From a bacterium (GTDB lineage Bacteria > Hinthialibacterota > Hinthialibacteria > Hinthialibacterales > Hinthialibacteraceae), in contig CAXXMV010000006.1 of the NCBI GenBank assembly GCA_963662285.2, forward strand, positions 1,728,001 through 1,792,000: 64,000 nt of DNA, in the 5' to 3' direction. Made by a program: the position numbers and the translations under genes. Below are positions 49,534 to 59,839 of this stretch, in pieces; positions within the stretch are counted from its first letter, which is position 1, and each line of letters opens with the position of its first letter. The notes under the pieces were generated by a model, which had not been told where the DNA came from, ran no database searches, and saw nothing but the letters and a program-made list of their open reading frames with translations.

Positions 49534-51858
49534 ATGGACGCCGCGAGAGAAAAACAGACTATTCTAGTTGTCGATGACACGCCGGAAAATATTGATATCC
49601 TCGCAGGGATTCTTAAAGAGTTCTATCAGGTCAAGGTAGCTTTGAATGGTGAAAAAGCCCTAAAATTGGCTATTTCCCCCAATCCTCCCGACTTGATCCT
49701 TTTGGATGTGATGATGCCCGAGATGGATGGGTATGAAGTTTGTCATCGGCTCAAAGAAAACGATATTACTAAGAATATACCGGTTATTTTTGTTACGGCC
49801 AAAAGTGAAATTGAAGATGAAACCAAAGGATTCGCTTGTGGCGCGGTGGATTACATCACCAAGCCCATTAGTCCTCCCATTGTTATTGCCCGCGTCAAAA
49901 CTCAATTCGCTTTGCGCAATACTCAAAGCGAATTGGAAATGGCCCGTGATAAAGCCGAAGAGGCTACACGGGCCAAGAGCGATTTTCTGGCAAAAATGAG
50001 CCATGAAATTCGCACCCCCCTGAATGGTCTTGTAGCGAATCTGGAATTTCTAAAACTCTCAAAAATAAATACTGATCAACGCGAATGCGTCGATTCCGCT
50101 CAATTTTGCGCAGATACGCTATTGGGTATTATCGGCGATATTCTCGATTTATCAAAAATCGAAGCGGATAAACTTGAACTGGAGATGCGTCCTGTATCAT
50201 TACACGGCGTCATCAATGAAGTGATTGCAATGATGCGTCATAGAACTGAAGCGAAAAACCTTAATCTAAACGCATTCATTGATCCAACTCTTCCAACCAC
50301 TATCTTGACTGATTCGTTGCGCTTTAGACAAGTTTTGATAAATTTAATTGGGAATTCCATCAAATTTACAGAAGAAGGCGGCATTCATCTACAGGTTCTT
50401 TATACCAAGGATGAAAAAGGTGAATCCTGGATAAATTGCAAAGTTATTGATTCAGGCGCCGGATTCGCGCAAGAAAAAGCACAGCAATTATTTGAAGCCT
50501 TCTCACAAGAAGATTCTTCAACTTCCCGCGTATATGGTGGTACAGGATTAGGGCTGACTATATGCAAGCGCATTGTGGAAATGATGGGTGGCTGGATTTG
50601 TTGTGCAGGCCTCCCTGGATATGGCGCTGCATTTGAATTTTCAGCGCCATTCGAGATAGTAGAGGACGCCCCGGAAATAAGAACAAGCGACCTGAACGAA
50701 TACAAAATTTTATTAATTGATGACCAGTCTGAATTATCATCAGTTGCTAAACGCAAATTTGAGTCAACCAGCGCTCAAATTGTGCAATTAGACAGCATTG
50801 ATTCAGGCGATGATGAGGATATTAGCTGTCTCGTCGTGGTTACTAATAATCTCGATGATAACAATTGGAATGAAGATAAGCGTTTCTCCTCCAAAATACC
50901 TAGAATATTAATATCAGAAACCAGCAATAAAAAATGGATTCATCAAGCAATTAAATCCGGTTTTGATTACTTTTTTTGCGATAATTTTGATTGGAATTTA
51001 GTATTTTATGTTATTAGTAATATCACCAAAACAGAGTCTATTGAAGAAACGCCGCTTGCCGTGGATATCGCTTCATTAACTCAAGATATACAAAACAAAA
51101 ATATTAAACATCCGGTTCTGGTGGTTGATGATTTCCCCATGAATCGCCAGGTTGCGAAAAAGCAATTGGCAGCCTTCGGGCTTGAATGTCAATTAGCCGA
51201 AAATGGGCGGGAAGCATTGGAGTTGGCAACCAGGAATTCCTACTCGCTTATTCTTACCGATTGTTCTATGCCAATCATGAATGGATTTGAATTTACCCGG
51301 GCATACAGAGATTGGGAAAAAGAGAATAATCAACGCGTTCCTATCATCGCCATGACCGCCAATGCGCTAAAGGGGGATGATGAAAAGTGCTTTGCCGCTG
51401 GCATGGATGACTATGTAAGCAAGCCTGTAACTCTTGAACAACTGGCGGGTAAGTTAATTGATAATTTAGGCATTGAAAGGTCGCCAGTGGAAATTCAGCA
51501 AGATACGCCAAGTATAGCGGCAGAACCTCCGGTTGACTTAAAATACCTGGAACAAATTCTGGGAGAATCTGATCCCGAAGGATTGTTTGAAATGCTCGGT
51601 TATTTCCTTGAAGAATTTGAACCAATCATGGAATCGTTGCAAGATGTGATAAACCAGAAAGACCGCGACCAGACGCGCGACATTTCCCATAAAGCCAAGG
51701 GCGCCGCTGGAAACGCTTCTGCAAAACAACTGTCAGAAATAATGAAAGATATCCAACTGGCTGCGTTAGAAGAGCCGTGGGACGTAATACTCGCATCTTG
51801 GGATAAAGCGCAACATGAATACCAGAAAGTAAGAGAATTTATTCTCAATAAGAGGTAA
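49534..51858 (+). CDS. Hybrid histidine kinase REC-HisKA-HATPase-(degenerate REC)-REC-Hpt
   Basis: SHEIRTPLNG; GGTGLGL; LTDCSMP; SHKAKGAAGN; start 49516 or 49534. Confidence 0.93.
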   Translation: MDAAREKQTILVVDDTPENIDILAGILKEFYQVKVALNGEKALKLAISPNPPDLILLDVMMPEMDGYEVCHRLKENDITKNIPVIFVTAKSEIEDETKGFACGAVDYITKPISPPIVIARVKTQFALRNTQSELEMARDKAEEATRAKSDFLAKMSHEIRTPLNGLVANLEFLKLSKINTDQRECVDSAQFCADTLLGIIGDILDLSKIEADKLELEMRPVSLHGVINEVIAMMRHRTEAKNLNLNAFIDPTLPTTILTDSLRFRQVLINLIGNSIKFTEEGGIHLQVLYTKDEKGESWINCKVIDSGAGFAQEKAQQLFEAFSQEDSSTSRVYGGTGLGLTICKRIVEMMGGWICCAGLPGYGAAFEFSAPFEIVEDAPEIRTSDLNEYKILLIDDQSELSSVAKRKFESTSAQIVQLDSIDSGDDEDISCLVVVTNNLDDNNWNEDKRFSSKIPRILISETSNKKWIHQAIKSGFDYFFCDNFDWNLVFYVISNITKTESIEETPLAVDIASLTQDIQNKNIKHPVLVVDDFPMNRQVAKKQLAAFGLECQLAENGREALELATRNSYSLILTDCSMPIMNGFEFTRAYRDWEKENNQRVPIIAMTANALKGDDEKCFAAGMDDYVSKPVTLEQLAGKLIDNLGIERSPVEIQQDTPSIAAEPPVDLKYLEQILGESDPEGLFEMLGYFLEEFEPIMESLQDVINQKDRDQTRDISHKAKGAAGNASAKQLSEIMKDIQLAALEEPWDVILASWDKAQHEYQKVREFILNKR

Positions 51859-51862
51859 ACCA

Positions 51863-52594
51863 ATGTCTAAATATTCGTTCCCGGATACTACATTATTAAT
51901 TGTTGATGATGAGAATTTCAGCCGTATTGCTGTCTTGCGGTTGTTGAAAAATCTTGGAGATCCCAATACATTGAGCGCAACCAATGGACTGGAAGCTATT
52001 ACAACATTGGAAAAACGCAAATCAATGATCGATTGCGTGATTGCCGATTTCAACATGCCGGTTATGCATGGACTGCAATTGTTAAAAAAAATCCGCATGG
52101 GAGAGAATAACGTCTCTCGCAATTTACCCGTTATCATGCTGACCGGGCATGGTGAAGCCAGTCTGGTGAATTTGGCAATACAACTTGATGTCAATACATT
52201 TATTCTGAAGCCTGCGACTGTAGACTCAATCGGTTCGAGACTGCAGGAAGTGCTTTCAATGGATAAAAACGATGATGCCTGGCTAAAACCAATTGAAGAA
52301 TATGAAAAGATTGATGTTGATACTCCTATCAATGATATCCTTAAGAAGAATGCCTTAAGTCAAATCAGTGAGCAAAAGTCTGTTAAAATACAAGTCAGAG
52401 AAATTGCTGTCGGGATTGAGGAATGTGAATTACAAAATATTAAAGAATGGAATATCATCGCAAAAAACATTTCTGGTCCTAGCGGTCAGGTATTTGTTAA
52501 CGCGGGAACCCAAGTGACCACCAGGCTGTTGGAACAACTTAAAAGTCTACAAGATATGGGTTTGATGCCGGAAAAAATTTGGATTAAAAAATAA
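51863..52594 (+). CDS. Response regulator (CheY-like REC plus a C-terminal extension resembling the N-terminal segment of HD-GYP proteins)
   Basis: IVDD, ADFNMP, MLTG, KP; C-terminal IAKNI...GQVFVNAGTQVT..LLEQL. Confidence 0.85.
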   Translation: MSKYSFPDTTLLIVDDENFSRIAVLRLLKNLGDPNTLSATNGLEAITTLEKRKSMIDCVIADFNMPVMHGLQLLKKIRMGENNVSRNLPVIMLTGHGEASLVNLAIQLDVNTFILKPATVDSIGSRLQEVLSMDKNDDAWLKPIEEYEKIDVDTPINDILKKNALSQISEQKSVKIQVREIAVGIEECELQNIKEWNIIAKNISGPSGQVFVNAGTQVTTRLLEQLKSLQDMGLMPEKIWIKK

Positions 52595-52788
52595 AATAAG
52601 GCTTATCTTGTCTATCCTATAATCCTTGCCTACCCACTTAAACCAATGAGACGATTATTCAATTCACGGGGAACCAAAGACGGCAGATGAGGTGCTTTTA
52701 ATCAGTGCTTATCACAACACATAAGTCTATAATTTTTTTTGTATAATCATTAGAATGGTAAAACTGTTTTTTCAAGAAAGAATGATAA

Positions 52789-53547
52789 ATGAAACCAAAA
52801 ATTAAAGCAATTACTTTCGATCTCTGGGACACTATATTCGCTGATGATACAGATGAACCTAAACGCGCAAAAGCAGGACGTCCATCTAAACCTATCGAGC
52901 GGAGGAATTTGGTATATAAATTCCTGCAAAAACAAGCTCCAATTTCAAAAGAATTAGTAGAAGCGACTTACAATGCAGCCGATGCTGCTTTTAACAAAGT
53001 ATGGCATGAGCAGTATGTGACTTGGTCCGTACGGGACCGATTGTCAATAATCTTTACTGCGTTAAAACGGGAATTACCCGAAGCAGAGATGGATGAGTTA
53101 GTTCGGCTTCATGAGGAAATGGAATTAGAATTTCGTCCGGAGCCTGCCTCAGGAGTACACGAAGTTTTGAGAACTCTGAAACAAAAATACAAATTAGGAA
53201 TTATCTCGGATGCAATTTTTAGCCCCGGCCGGGCGCTTCGTCAATTACTGGATGGAGAAGGATTGTTGCAGTATTTTGATTCCTTCATCTTTTCAGATGA
53301 AATTGGTTCTTCCAAACCAACTCCAATTGTGTTCGAGAAGGCTGCGGCGGAACTCGGGGTAGAGGTAAACGAAATTGTTCATATCGGAGATCGTGAACAA
53401 AATGATGTCGATGGTCCTCATGCGGTTGGCGCTCGTGCAGTCTATTTCACAGTTATTAAAGACCGGGGAAGCGAAAACACGACAGCCGAAGCCGTTTGCG
53501 CTGAGTATTCTAAACTGCCTGCCATCCTGGAGCAGATGGATATATAG
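52789..53547 (+). CDS. HAD-superfamily hydrolase
   Basis: FDLWDT motif I, IISD, SKP, HIGDREQNDVDG. Confidence 0.9.
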   Translation: MKPKIKAITFDLWDTIFADDTDEPKRAKAGRPSKPIERRNLVYKFLQKQAPISKELVEATYNAADAAFNKVWHEQYVTWSVRDRLSIIFTALKRELPEAEMDELVRLHEEMELEFRPEPASGVHEVLRTLKQKYKLGIISDAIFSPGRALRQLLDGEGLLQYFDSFIFSDEIGSSKPTPIVFEKAAAELGVEVNEIVHIGDREQNDVDGPHAVGARAVYFTVIKDRGSENTTAEAVCAEYSKLPAILEQMDI

Positions 53548-53603
53548 GAACTGAAATAAATAATCCTACATAACTATTCTTATTGCAAAAAGAAAGAAAA
53601 ATT

Positions 53604-54476
53604 ATGACGAACCAACACAAATTTTTGATTATCGATGGTTATTCCAAAAAAAGCCGTGATGATTTGGAAACTGCCGGTATGTGCCTGGCATGGGATTTAT
53701 ATGTGAAATTGTTGAATCGCTACTTGCCGGATGCCGCTTATGATATTTTGCTTCCCAGCGATCCGGGCGTCGAGATGCCTACCCAAGAGAAACTTAATGG
53801 GTATAGCGGCATAATCTGGACCGGATGCAACCTCACGATATATGATCATAATGATCCCAGCGTGACAAAACAGATCAAATTAGCAGAAGATGCTTACGAA
53901 GTAGGAATTCCAAGTTTCGGAAGTTGTTGGGGCATTCAAATGGCTGCAGCGGCTGCGGGAGGTGAAATTCAACTCAATCCCAAGGGCCGGGAGATGGGAA
54001 TTGCCAGGAAAATTCAATTAACCCCGGAAGGGCGGAGTCACCCGATGTATGAGGGCAAGCCGCCTGTATTCAATGCGTTTATCAGTCATGACGATCATAT
54101 TACAAAACTTCCACCAGGAGGGGTGTTGCTGGCGGGGAATGATCATTCCAGCGTACAGGCAATATCAGTAACTCACAAAAAGGGGACATTCTGGGGAGTT
54201 CAATATCATCCGGAATATGACCTGCATGAGATGGCTCGATTAATTGTGGCTAGAGAGCATAAACTAGTTCCAACCGGTTTTTTCGCAGGTCATGATGACT
54301 TGGTTCAGTATGTCGAAAAGTTGGAAACTCTTTTTTCAAATCCCGACACGAAATCCCTGCGCTGGCAATTGGATATCGATGATGATATTTTATCGGATCA
54401 GATTCGGCAATGCGAATTCGCCAATTGGATCAAAAACCTTGTTCTTCCTTACACAGAAAAAAAGCAGAACGCGTAA
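53604..54476 (+). CDS. Type 1 glutamine amidotransferase (GMP-synthase-like GATase)
   Basis: GSCWGIQ nucleophile elbow; GVQYHPEY; start at ATG 53604. Confidence 0.9.
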   Translation: MTNQHKFLIIDGYSKKSRDDLETAGMCLAWDLYVKLLNRYLPDAAYDILLPSDPGVEMPTQEKLNGYSGIIWTGCNLTIYDHNDPSVTKQIKLAEDAYEVGIPSFGSCWGIQMAAAAAGGEIQLNPKGREMGIARKIQLTPEGRSHPMYEGKPPVFNAFISHDDHITKLPPGGVLLAGNDHSSVQAISVTHKKGTFWGVQYHPEYDLHEMARLIVAREHKLVPTGFFAGHDDLVQYVEKLETLFSNPDTKSLRWQLDIDDDILSDQIRQCEFANWIKNLVLPYTEKKQNA

Positions 54477-54502
54477 TCTTCAACACACGGTTTCTTTAAG
54501 TT

Positions 54503-54537
54503 TAAAAACCACGCTCGAAATGGCGTGGTTTTTTTCT
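54503..54537. terminator. Bidirectional intrinsic terminator
   Basis: aaaaaccacgc-tcgaaatg-gcgtggttttttt. Confidence 0.8.
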
Positions 54538-54621
54538 TGCACAACCAACAGAGGCACGTTTTAGACTTTATTTATGAGGTTATTGTGTATAAAAGAGTGT
54601 TTTTATCGGGAGTTTAGAGAG

Positions 54622-54695
54622 TACGCCTGGCGCGATTCGAACGCGCGACCTACGGATTAGGAATCCGGCGCTCTATCCGACTGAGCTACAGGCGC
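54622..54695 (-). tRNA. tRNA-Arg (CCT), CCA not encoded
   Basis: Reverse complement GCGCCTGTAGCTCAGTCGGATAGAGCGCCGGA-TTCCTAA-TCCGTAGGTCGCGCGTTCGAATCGCGCCAGGCGTA. Confidence 0.96.
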
Positions 54696-54804
54696 ATTAG
54701 TGATTTAATATTATTGCTGAATACTTTAATGCTTTTTATTCCTGCATCAAGCAGAAGATAGCGTTTGAAAGAAGCGTATTCTGTCCTGATGACGTCTCTG
54801 TATT

Positions 54805-55737
54805 TTACAGATGAGATTTGTACTTTTCAATATCGCATTTAATCTGATTAACCAGTTCATCTTTGGATGCGAATTTTTTCTCCTGACGCAACAATTCCAC
54901 AAATTCCACTATAATGAATCGGTTGTAAATGTCCTCATCGAAATCAAGAATATGCACTTCGGCGGTAGTATGCGACTCGTCAGTGAAAGTTGGAACTTTG
55001 CCGATATTCATTACGCCGTTTAATGGCGCCGCATCAAGATCATCCAGGCGAATCCTAACTCCATAGACTCCATTGGGTGGAATAGCTTGGGCGTCTATAT
55101 TGATGTTAGCAGTGGGGAAACCGATAGAACGACCCCGGCCATCGCCATTGATAACATTTCCCGCGAAAAAATATGGCCTACCCAGAAGATTGGCCGCCTC
55201 ACTTAAATTACCCTGAATAACTGATTGCCTGATCCTGCTGCTGCTAATGGGGGAATCATCATAAAATTGTTGTTCGATCACAACAATATCATCAAATGAA
55301 TTAGTCGACAGAGTTTTGAGCATATTGGCTGAACCTTGCCGGTTGTATCCGAAATGAAAATTGAAACCCACAATTATTTCATGAGCCGCTAATCGTTTGA
55401 TTAAAATTTCTGTTGTGAAATCTTTAGCAGAGGTATGACAAATTGTCTTATCAAACTGAACCGCTACTAAATAGTCGATATCATATGACTTGATAATCTG
55501 ACGCTTTAGAGGGAAAGGCGTAATTAAAGGAGTATGACTTTCAGGATTAAGTATGGAACTGGGATGATTGCGAAATGTAAAAACCACTGATTTGCCATTT
55601 CTAGCTCTGGCGCGGTTAATGCATGTATCTATCAAGCATTGATGCGCTTTATGAATTCCATCAAAGAATCCAAGCGCAACAACTATTTGATCTTCCGGCT
55701 GAAAAGCGCAATCCTCAAGCGAGTTAATCTCAATCAT
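54805..55737 (-). CDS. ribF: Bifunctional riboflavin kinase/FAD synthetase
   Basis: ALGFFDGIHKAH, ISSSRIR, GRSIGFPTAN, EVHILDF, LRQEKKF. Confidence 0.96.
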   Translation of the reverse strand: MIEINSLEDCAFQPEDQIVVALGFFDGIHKAHQCLIDTCINRARARNGKSVVFTFRNHPSSILNPESHTPLITPFPLKRQIIKSYDIDYLVAVQFDKTICHTSAKDFTTEILIKRLAAHEIIVGFNFHFGYNRQGSANMLKTLSTNSFDDIVVIEQQFYDDSPISSSRIRQSVIQGNLSEAANLLGRPYFFAGNVINGDGRGRSIGFPTANINIDAQAIPPNGVYGVRIRLDDLDAAPLNGVMNIGKVPTFTDESHTTAEVHILDFDEDIYNRFIIVEFVELLRQEKKFASKDELVNQIKCDIEKYKSHL

Positions 55738-55811
55738 CAGTTATCTGCTATAAATAGTAATATAATTCAAATATATACGGTTTGTCATAAGTATGCCGTT
55801 GAAGCATTGTA

Positions 55812-55901
55812 TCCCTACCCCAAGCCTGGGGGAGGTTAGGAGGGAGTTGATTAATTGAAACGCAATCCCCCTCTAACTCCACCCAGGCTTGGGGGGAGAA
55901 T
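55812..55901. repeat. REPIN, same family as 28941-29029
   Basis: ccccaagcctgggggaggttaggaggga...ccccctctaactccacccaggcttggggggagaa. Confidence 0.85.
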
Positions 55902-55912
55902 ATTACAACTGT

Positions 55913-57643
55913 TTAAACCGGAATAAGTTCGGCCATATCTTTTTCAAATTGATCCTTGATGCGTTTGATGCAATCGTCGAGATTGATCATCTCTTTTTCC
56001 AGGGTCTTGCGTAAGACGAATTCCAACTTGCCTTCTTTAAGAGAGCGTTCTCCAACCACTACCCGGTATGGAAGACCCAGTAAATCAGAATCTTTGAATT
56101 TTGATCCGGGACGTTCGTCGCGATCATCCATCAAAACGTCGAAGCCTTCTTTTTTCAATGATTGATATAGTTCTTCTGAAACCTGATTCACTTCATCGCT
56201 TTTGTTTGATAGTTTCAGAATATGGACATGGAAAGGCGCTACTGATACAGGCCATACAATTCCGTTATCATCGGCGTGTTCTTCCAATACCGCCGCCAGA
56301 GTACGGCTGACGCCGATGCCATAGCAACCCATCACCATAGGTTTACGGGCGCTATTGATGTCGGTGTAATAAGCTTGCAACGCTTCGCTATACTTGGTTC
56401 CCAGGATGAAGACATGACCCACTTCGATGCCGAAACTTAGTTTAATCGATGGCTTGCCGCATTTAGGGCAAACATCGCCTTCTTCAACGAATCGGAAATC
56501 ATGCCACTGGTCTACAGTGAAATCACGTCCCGCAACTACATTGCGTACATGATAATCGCCTTTGTTGGCGCCGGTTATTCCTGAAGCAATAGTTTTGATG
56601 GTATGGTCAGCGTAAATTTTAACATCTTTAAGACCTTGCGGGCCAGCGAATCCAACTGGCGCTCCGGTCACTTTTTTAATAATCTCCTCAGAAGCCAGTT
56701 CAACCTGGGCGCCCATTGCGTTGGTCAATTTAACTTCATTGAGAGTCTGGTCGCCTCGGATTAAAACCACAAATGGTTTGTCATTGCAGACGTAAACCAT
56801 GGTTTTTATCATCTGCTCTGGAGTCGTCTTGAGATACTTAGCTACTTCCTCAACCGTTTTCAACTCCGGTGTATGAACTTCTTCAATAGCAGGCGCCGAC
56901 TCATCAGCTTTGACTTCCTGCGGCATGGGCGCTTCGGTTAATTCGCGGTTCGCTTTGTAATCGCATTCTGAACAGATAACCAGTTCAGCTTCGCCGATAT
57001 CAGCGGGAACCATAAACTCATGCGAGTGCTTTCCACCCATGACGCCGGTATCCGCCTCAACCGGCACAGTAGTAAGACCGCAGCGATGGAATAACCGTGA
57101 ATAGGCGTTGTACATGTTTTGATAAGATTTAGCCGCGCCTTCATTATCAACATCAAATGAATAGGCGTCTTTCATGATGAATTCACGCGCCCTCACAATA
57201 CCGAAGCGGGGACGGATCTCATCACGGAATTTTGTTTGAATTTGATATAGATTTTTAGGCAGGTCGCGGTAAGAGCGAATCTCGCCAGCCACCAGGTTGG
57301 TAACCACTTCTTCGTGGGTTGGTCCAAGGACGAATTCACGGTTATTACGGTCAGCCAGGCGCATCAATTCCGGACCCATGATATCCCAGCGGCCTGATTC
57401 TTTCCAAATCGATTCGGGCTGTAAGGTAGGCATGTGAATTTCTATGGCGCCAGCGTTATTCATCTCTTCACGTACAATGTCAGAAATCTTTCTCAGCGCT
57501 TGCCAACCCATAGGTAAATAAATATATAAACCCGCCGCTAATTGGCGGACTAATCCGGCGCGCATCATTAAAATGTGGCTCTTGGCTTCTGCTTCTTTAG
57601 GCGCTTCACGTAGAGTGGGGAAAAAACCAGCTGACTGTTTCAT
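55913..57643 (-). CDS. proS: Proline--tRNA ligase (bacterial type with editing insertion)
   Basis: GPTHEE, QTKFRDEIRPRFG, GIEVGHVF.LGTKYS, MGCYGIGVSR. Confidence 0.97.
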   Translation of the reverse strand: MKQSAGFFPTLREAPKEAEAKSHILMMRAGLVRQLAAGLYIYLPMGWQALRKISDIVREEMNNAGAIEIHMPTLQPESIWKESGRWDIMGPELMRLADRNNREFVLGPTHEEVVTNLVAGEIRSYRDLPKNLYQIQTKFRDEIRPRFGIVRAREFIMKDAYSFDVDNEGAAKSYQNMYNAYSRLFHRCGLTTVPVEADTGVMGGKHSHEFMVPADIGEAELVICSECDYKANRELTEAPMPQEVKADESAPAIEEVHTPELKTVEEVAKYLKTTPEQMIKTMVYVCNDKPFVVLIRGDQTLNEVKLTNAMGAQVELASEEIIKKVTGAPVGFAGPQGLKDVKIYADHTIKTIASGITGANKGDYHVRNVVAGRDFTVDQWHDFRFVEEGDVCPKCGKPSIKLSFGIEVGHVFILGTKYSEALQAYYTDINSARKPMVMGCYGIGVSRTLAAVLEEHADDNGIVWPVSVAPFHVHILKLSNKSDEVNQVSEELYQSLKKEGFDVLMDDRDERPGSKFKDSDLLGLPYRVVVGERSLKEGKLEFVLRKTLEKEMINLDDCIKRIKDQFEKDMAELIPV

Positions 57644-57765
57644 TAGTATAAAGTCCTGCTAAAAAAATTTGGAATAATCGTAATGAACGCCGATCATTGA
57701 TCGGCGTTCTTATTATCTATAATAGATACAAACAATAAATGAATCACGGTCTGGACGATGGATTG

Positions 57766-59544
57766 TTAAAAGATCAATCCTTTTATCCAGGAAAACAGGT
57801 CTGTCCGGGCCAGATCGTTATAGATCAAGAAGAAGAAAAGCGGAATAATCAGCGCAAATCCTATTTTCCCGAATGTCTCCATCTGTTTCATGGTCAACGG
57901 TTTGCGGCGTACTGTTTCGATTGAATAAATCACCGCATGAGCTCCATCAAATGGAGGTATGGGGAAGAGATTGATAAGACCAAGGTTAACCGATAATAGC
58001 GCGATAAAGCCCAGGAAACGCTCCATTCCCCAACGGCCGCTCTCACCGGAAATCTGATAGATGGCGATTGGTCCGCCCAGCAGTTTATGAGAAATATTAC
58101 CCGTAAATAACTTACCCAGGAACTTAAGCATAAAACCACAGGAATGAGTTACCTTGTTCCAACTCATAGTAACCGCTCCCAGAACGCCGATATTCATACG
58201 ATCCGCTTTTAGATCGATTCCAATACTGGCGATGGGGTACCGTTTGCCGGTTTTTAGACTGGTCGGCGTAGGAATATTCTGCAAGGTTACTTGTGGAGTA
58301 ATAGTAGCCGTATGCATTTGATTATCGGGTGAAAGCCAGGTGACTTCCAATGGCGCGGTAGAATAGGCGTCGCCCTCTTGAGTAATCTCTGCGCCGTATA
58401 TACGTTGCAAGACTTCTACCCAGTCGTCAATTGGTTCGTTATTGATTTGGACAATACGGCAGTCGCTGGTAATACCGGCATTAGCAGCGGGGCTGCCTTC
58501 TTTTACTGTACCGATAACTGGACTCAGTTTTGGAGAGACTCCCAATAGTGCCAGTGATGGAGTCAGATACTCTTGAATAGTGACTTCACCATCATAGACA
58601 ATGCCGATGCGCATTTTCGGTTGATATGGCAGAGCATCTTCAGCTGGTTGAGTAACGCCAGCAGTAATAGTTACAGTTTGGGTGGCGCCTTGCAGGTCTT
58701 TGCAGAGGAAATTCATTTCCTTGGCCGTGAAAGTACCATCAGGGGCTTTTTCAAAGCTGGATGCTATGTAATTAGAGAACTCAGCGCGGTTGTTAATCTT
58801 AATTCCATCAATGCTAAGGACTGATAATCCCGGTTTCAATCCGGCTTTTTCAGCCGGGCTATCGGGTAATATTCGAGTGATAAAAGCGCCTTCAACCAAA
58901 TCGGGAGACTCGATAGGATCAGTTTCTAGATCATTGATCATAGTCGGCAGCGTTTTTTCTTTGGTAATTGCCTGACCATCCCGTTCAACTGTTATGGTGA
59001 ACTTTTCTTGACTAGGATCAGACTGGAGCAGGTTAATATCATTCCATGATTCGGTTGCTTGGCCATTGATGGCGGTAATTTTATCTCCGTTATGCAGCCC
59101 CATTTCCCAGCCCCATGATCCGACTGGAACCTGGCCTATTGTGGTTGTTGCTGTATATGATTGTCCAAATACAAGAAACATCAGGACATAGATCAAATAA
59201 GCTAGAACGAAATTCATGAATGGACCGGCGACAACGATTAAGATGCGTCGCCAGGGGGCCAATTGTAGATATTCCCATTCGGCGCCGGTTAGTTCTTCTT
59301 CCGGGTCCATACCTCTGATTTTCACTAAGCCGCCCAAGGGTAAAAGTCGTAGTGAATATTCCGTGCCATGCCAGTTATACTTGAATAACTTTTTACCGAA
59401 GCCCACCGCGAATTCATCGACTTTAGCGCCGGTTAATTTGGCGACGATAAAGTGACCCCATTCGTGAAAGATGACGGCCAGCCCTAAAACTACAGCGAAA
59501 TAGAAAATACTAGTAAAAGCAGATGTAAATGGTTCAATACTCAT
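57766..59544 (-). CDS. rseP: RIP metalloprotease RseP (site-2 protease), apparently three PDZ domains
   Basis: HEWGH, FAVGFG, AGPFMN, NLFPIPPFDG. Confidence 0.94.
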   Translation of the reverse strand: MSIEPFTSAFTSIFYFAVVLGLAVIFHEWGHFIVAKLTGAKVDEFAVGFGKKLFKYNWHGTEYSLRLLPLGGLVKIRGMDPEEELTGAEWEYLQLAPWRRILIVVAGPFMNFVLAYLIYVLMFLVFGQSYTATTTIGQVPVGSWGWEMGLHNGDKITAINGQATESWNDINLLQSDPSQEKFTITVERDGQAITKEKTLPTMINDLETDPIESPDLVEGAFITRILPDSPAEKAGLKPGLSVLSIDGIKINNRAEFSNYIASSFEKAPDGTFTAKEMNFLCKDLQGATQTVTITAGVTQPAEDALPYQPKMRIGIVYDGEVTIQEYLTPSLALLGVSPKLSPVIGTVKEGSPAANAGITSDCRIVQINNEPIDDWVEVLQRIYGAEITQEGDAYSTAPLEVTWLSPDNQMHTATITPQVTLQNIPTPTSLKTGKRYPIASIGIDLKADRMNIGVLGAVTMSWNKVTHSCGFMLKFLGKLFTGNISHKLLGGPIAIYQISGESGRWGMERFLGFIALLSVNLGLINLFPIPPFDGAHAVIYSIETVRRKPLTMKQMETFGKIGFALIIPLFFFLIYNDLARTDLFSWIKGLIF

Positions 59545-59759
59545 AAGGATTGTTTAACCGATTTCTGAGAATTTTTGTTAACCGGGGTTTCCGGATATGT
59601 ATAAATCGTGTGATGATAACGTTTACGTCTTTTAAATTATAACGGTTGGACATCAGGAAAAGTGATTTTACAATAACAGAAGCCATTGAAAAAACTTAAG
59701 AAAGACTTCTTGGTAAAAAATATCGCGTCACTGAAGCAACACAGTATAATCAAGTATTA

Positions 59760-59788
59760 AATTTAGCATTTATAATGTGTTATGTCAA
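59760..59788 (-). promoter_or_regulatory. Sigma70-type promoter upstream of rseP
   Basis: Minus strand TTGACA-17 bp (with TG)-TAAATT. Confidence 0.5.
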
Positions 59789-59839
59789 GAAAAATACTCA
59801 TCATCCATTGAACCAATAGAGAACGAAAGATGATAAAAA

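Noticed and set aside
52640-52720. Possible riboswitch upstream of the HAD gene (cacggggaacc...)
   Set aside because: It lacks the remaining conserved elements of ZTP, TPP, SAM or guanidine riboswitches that I can recognise.
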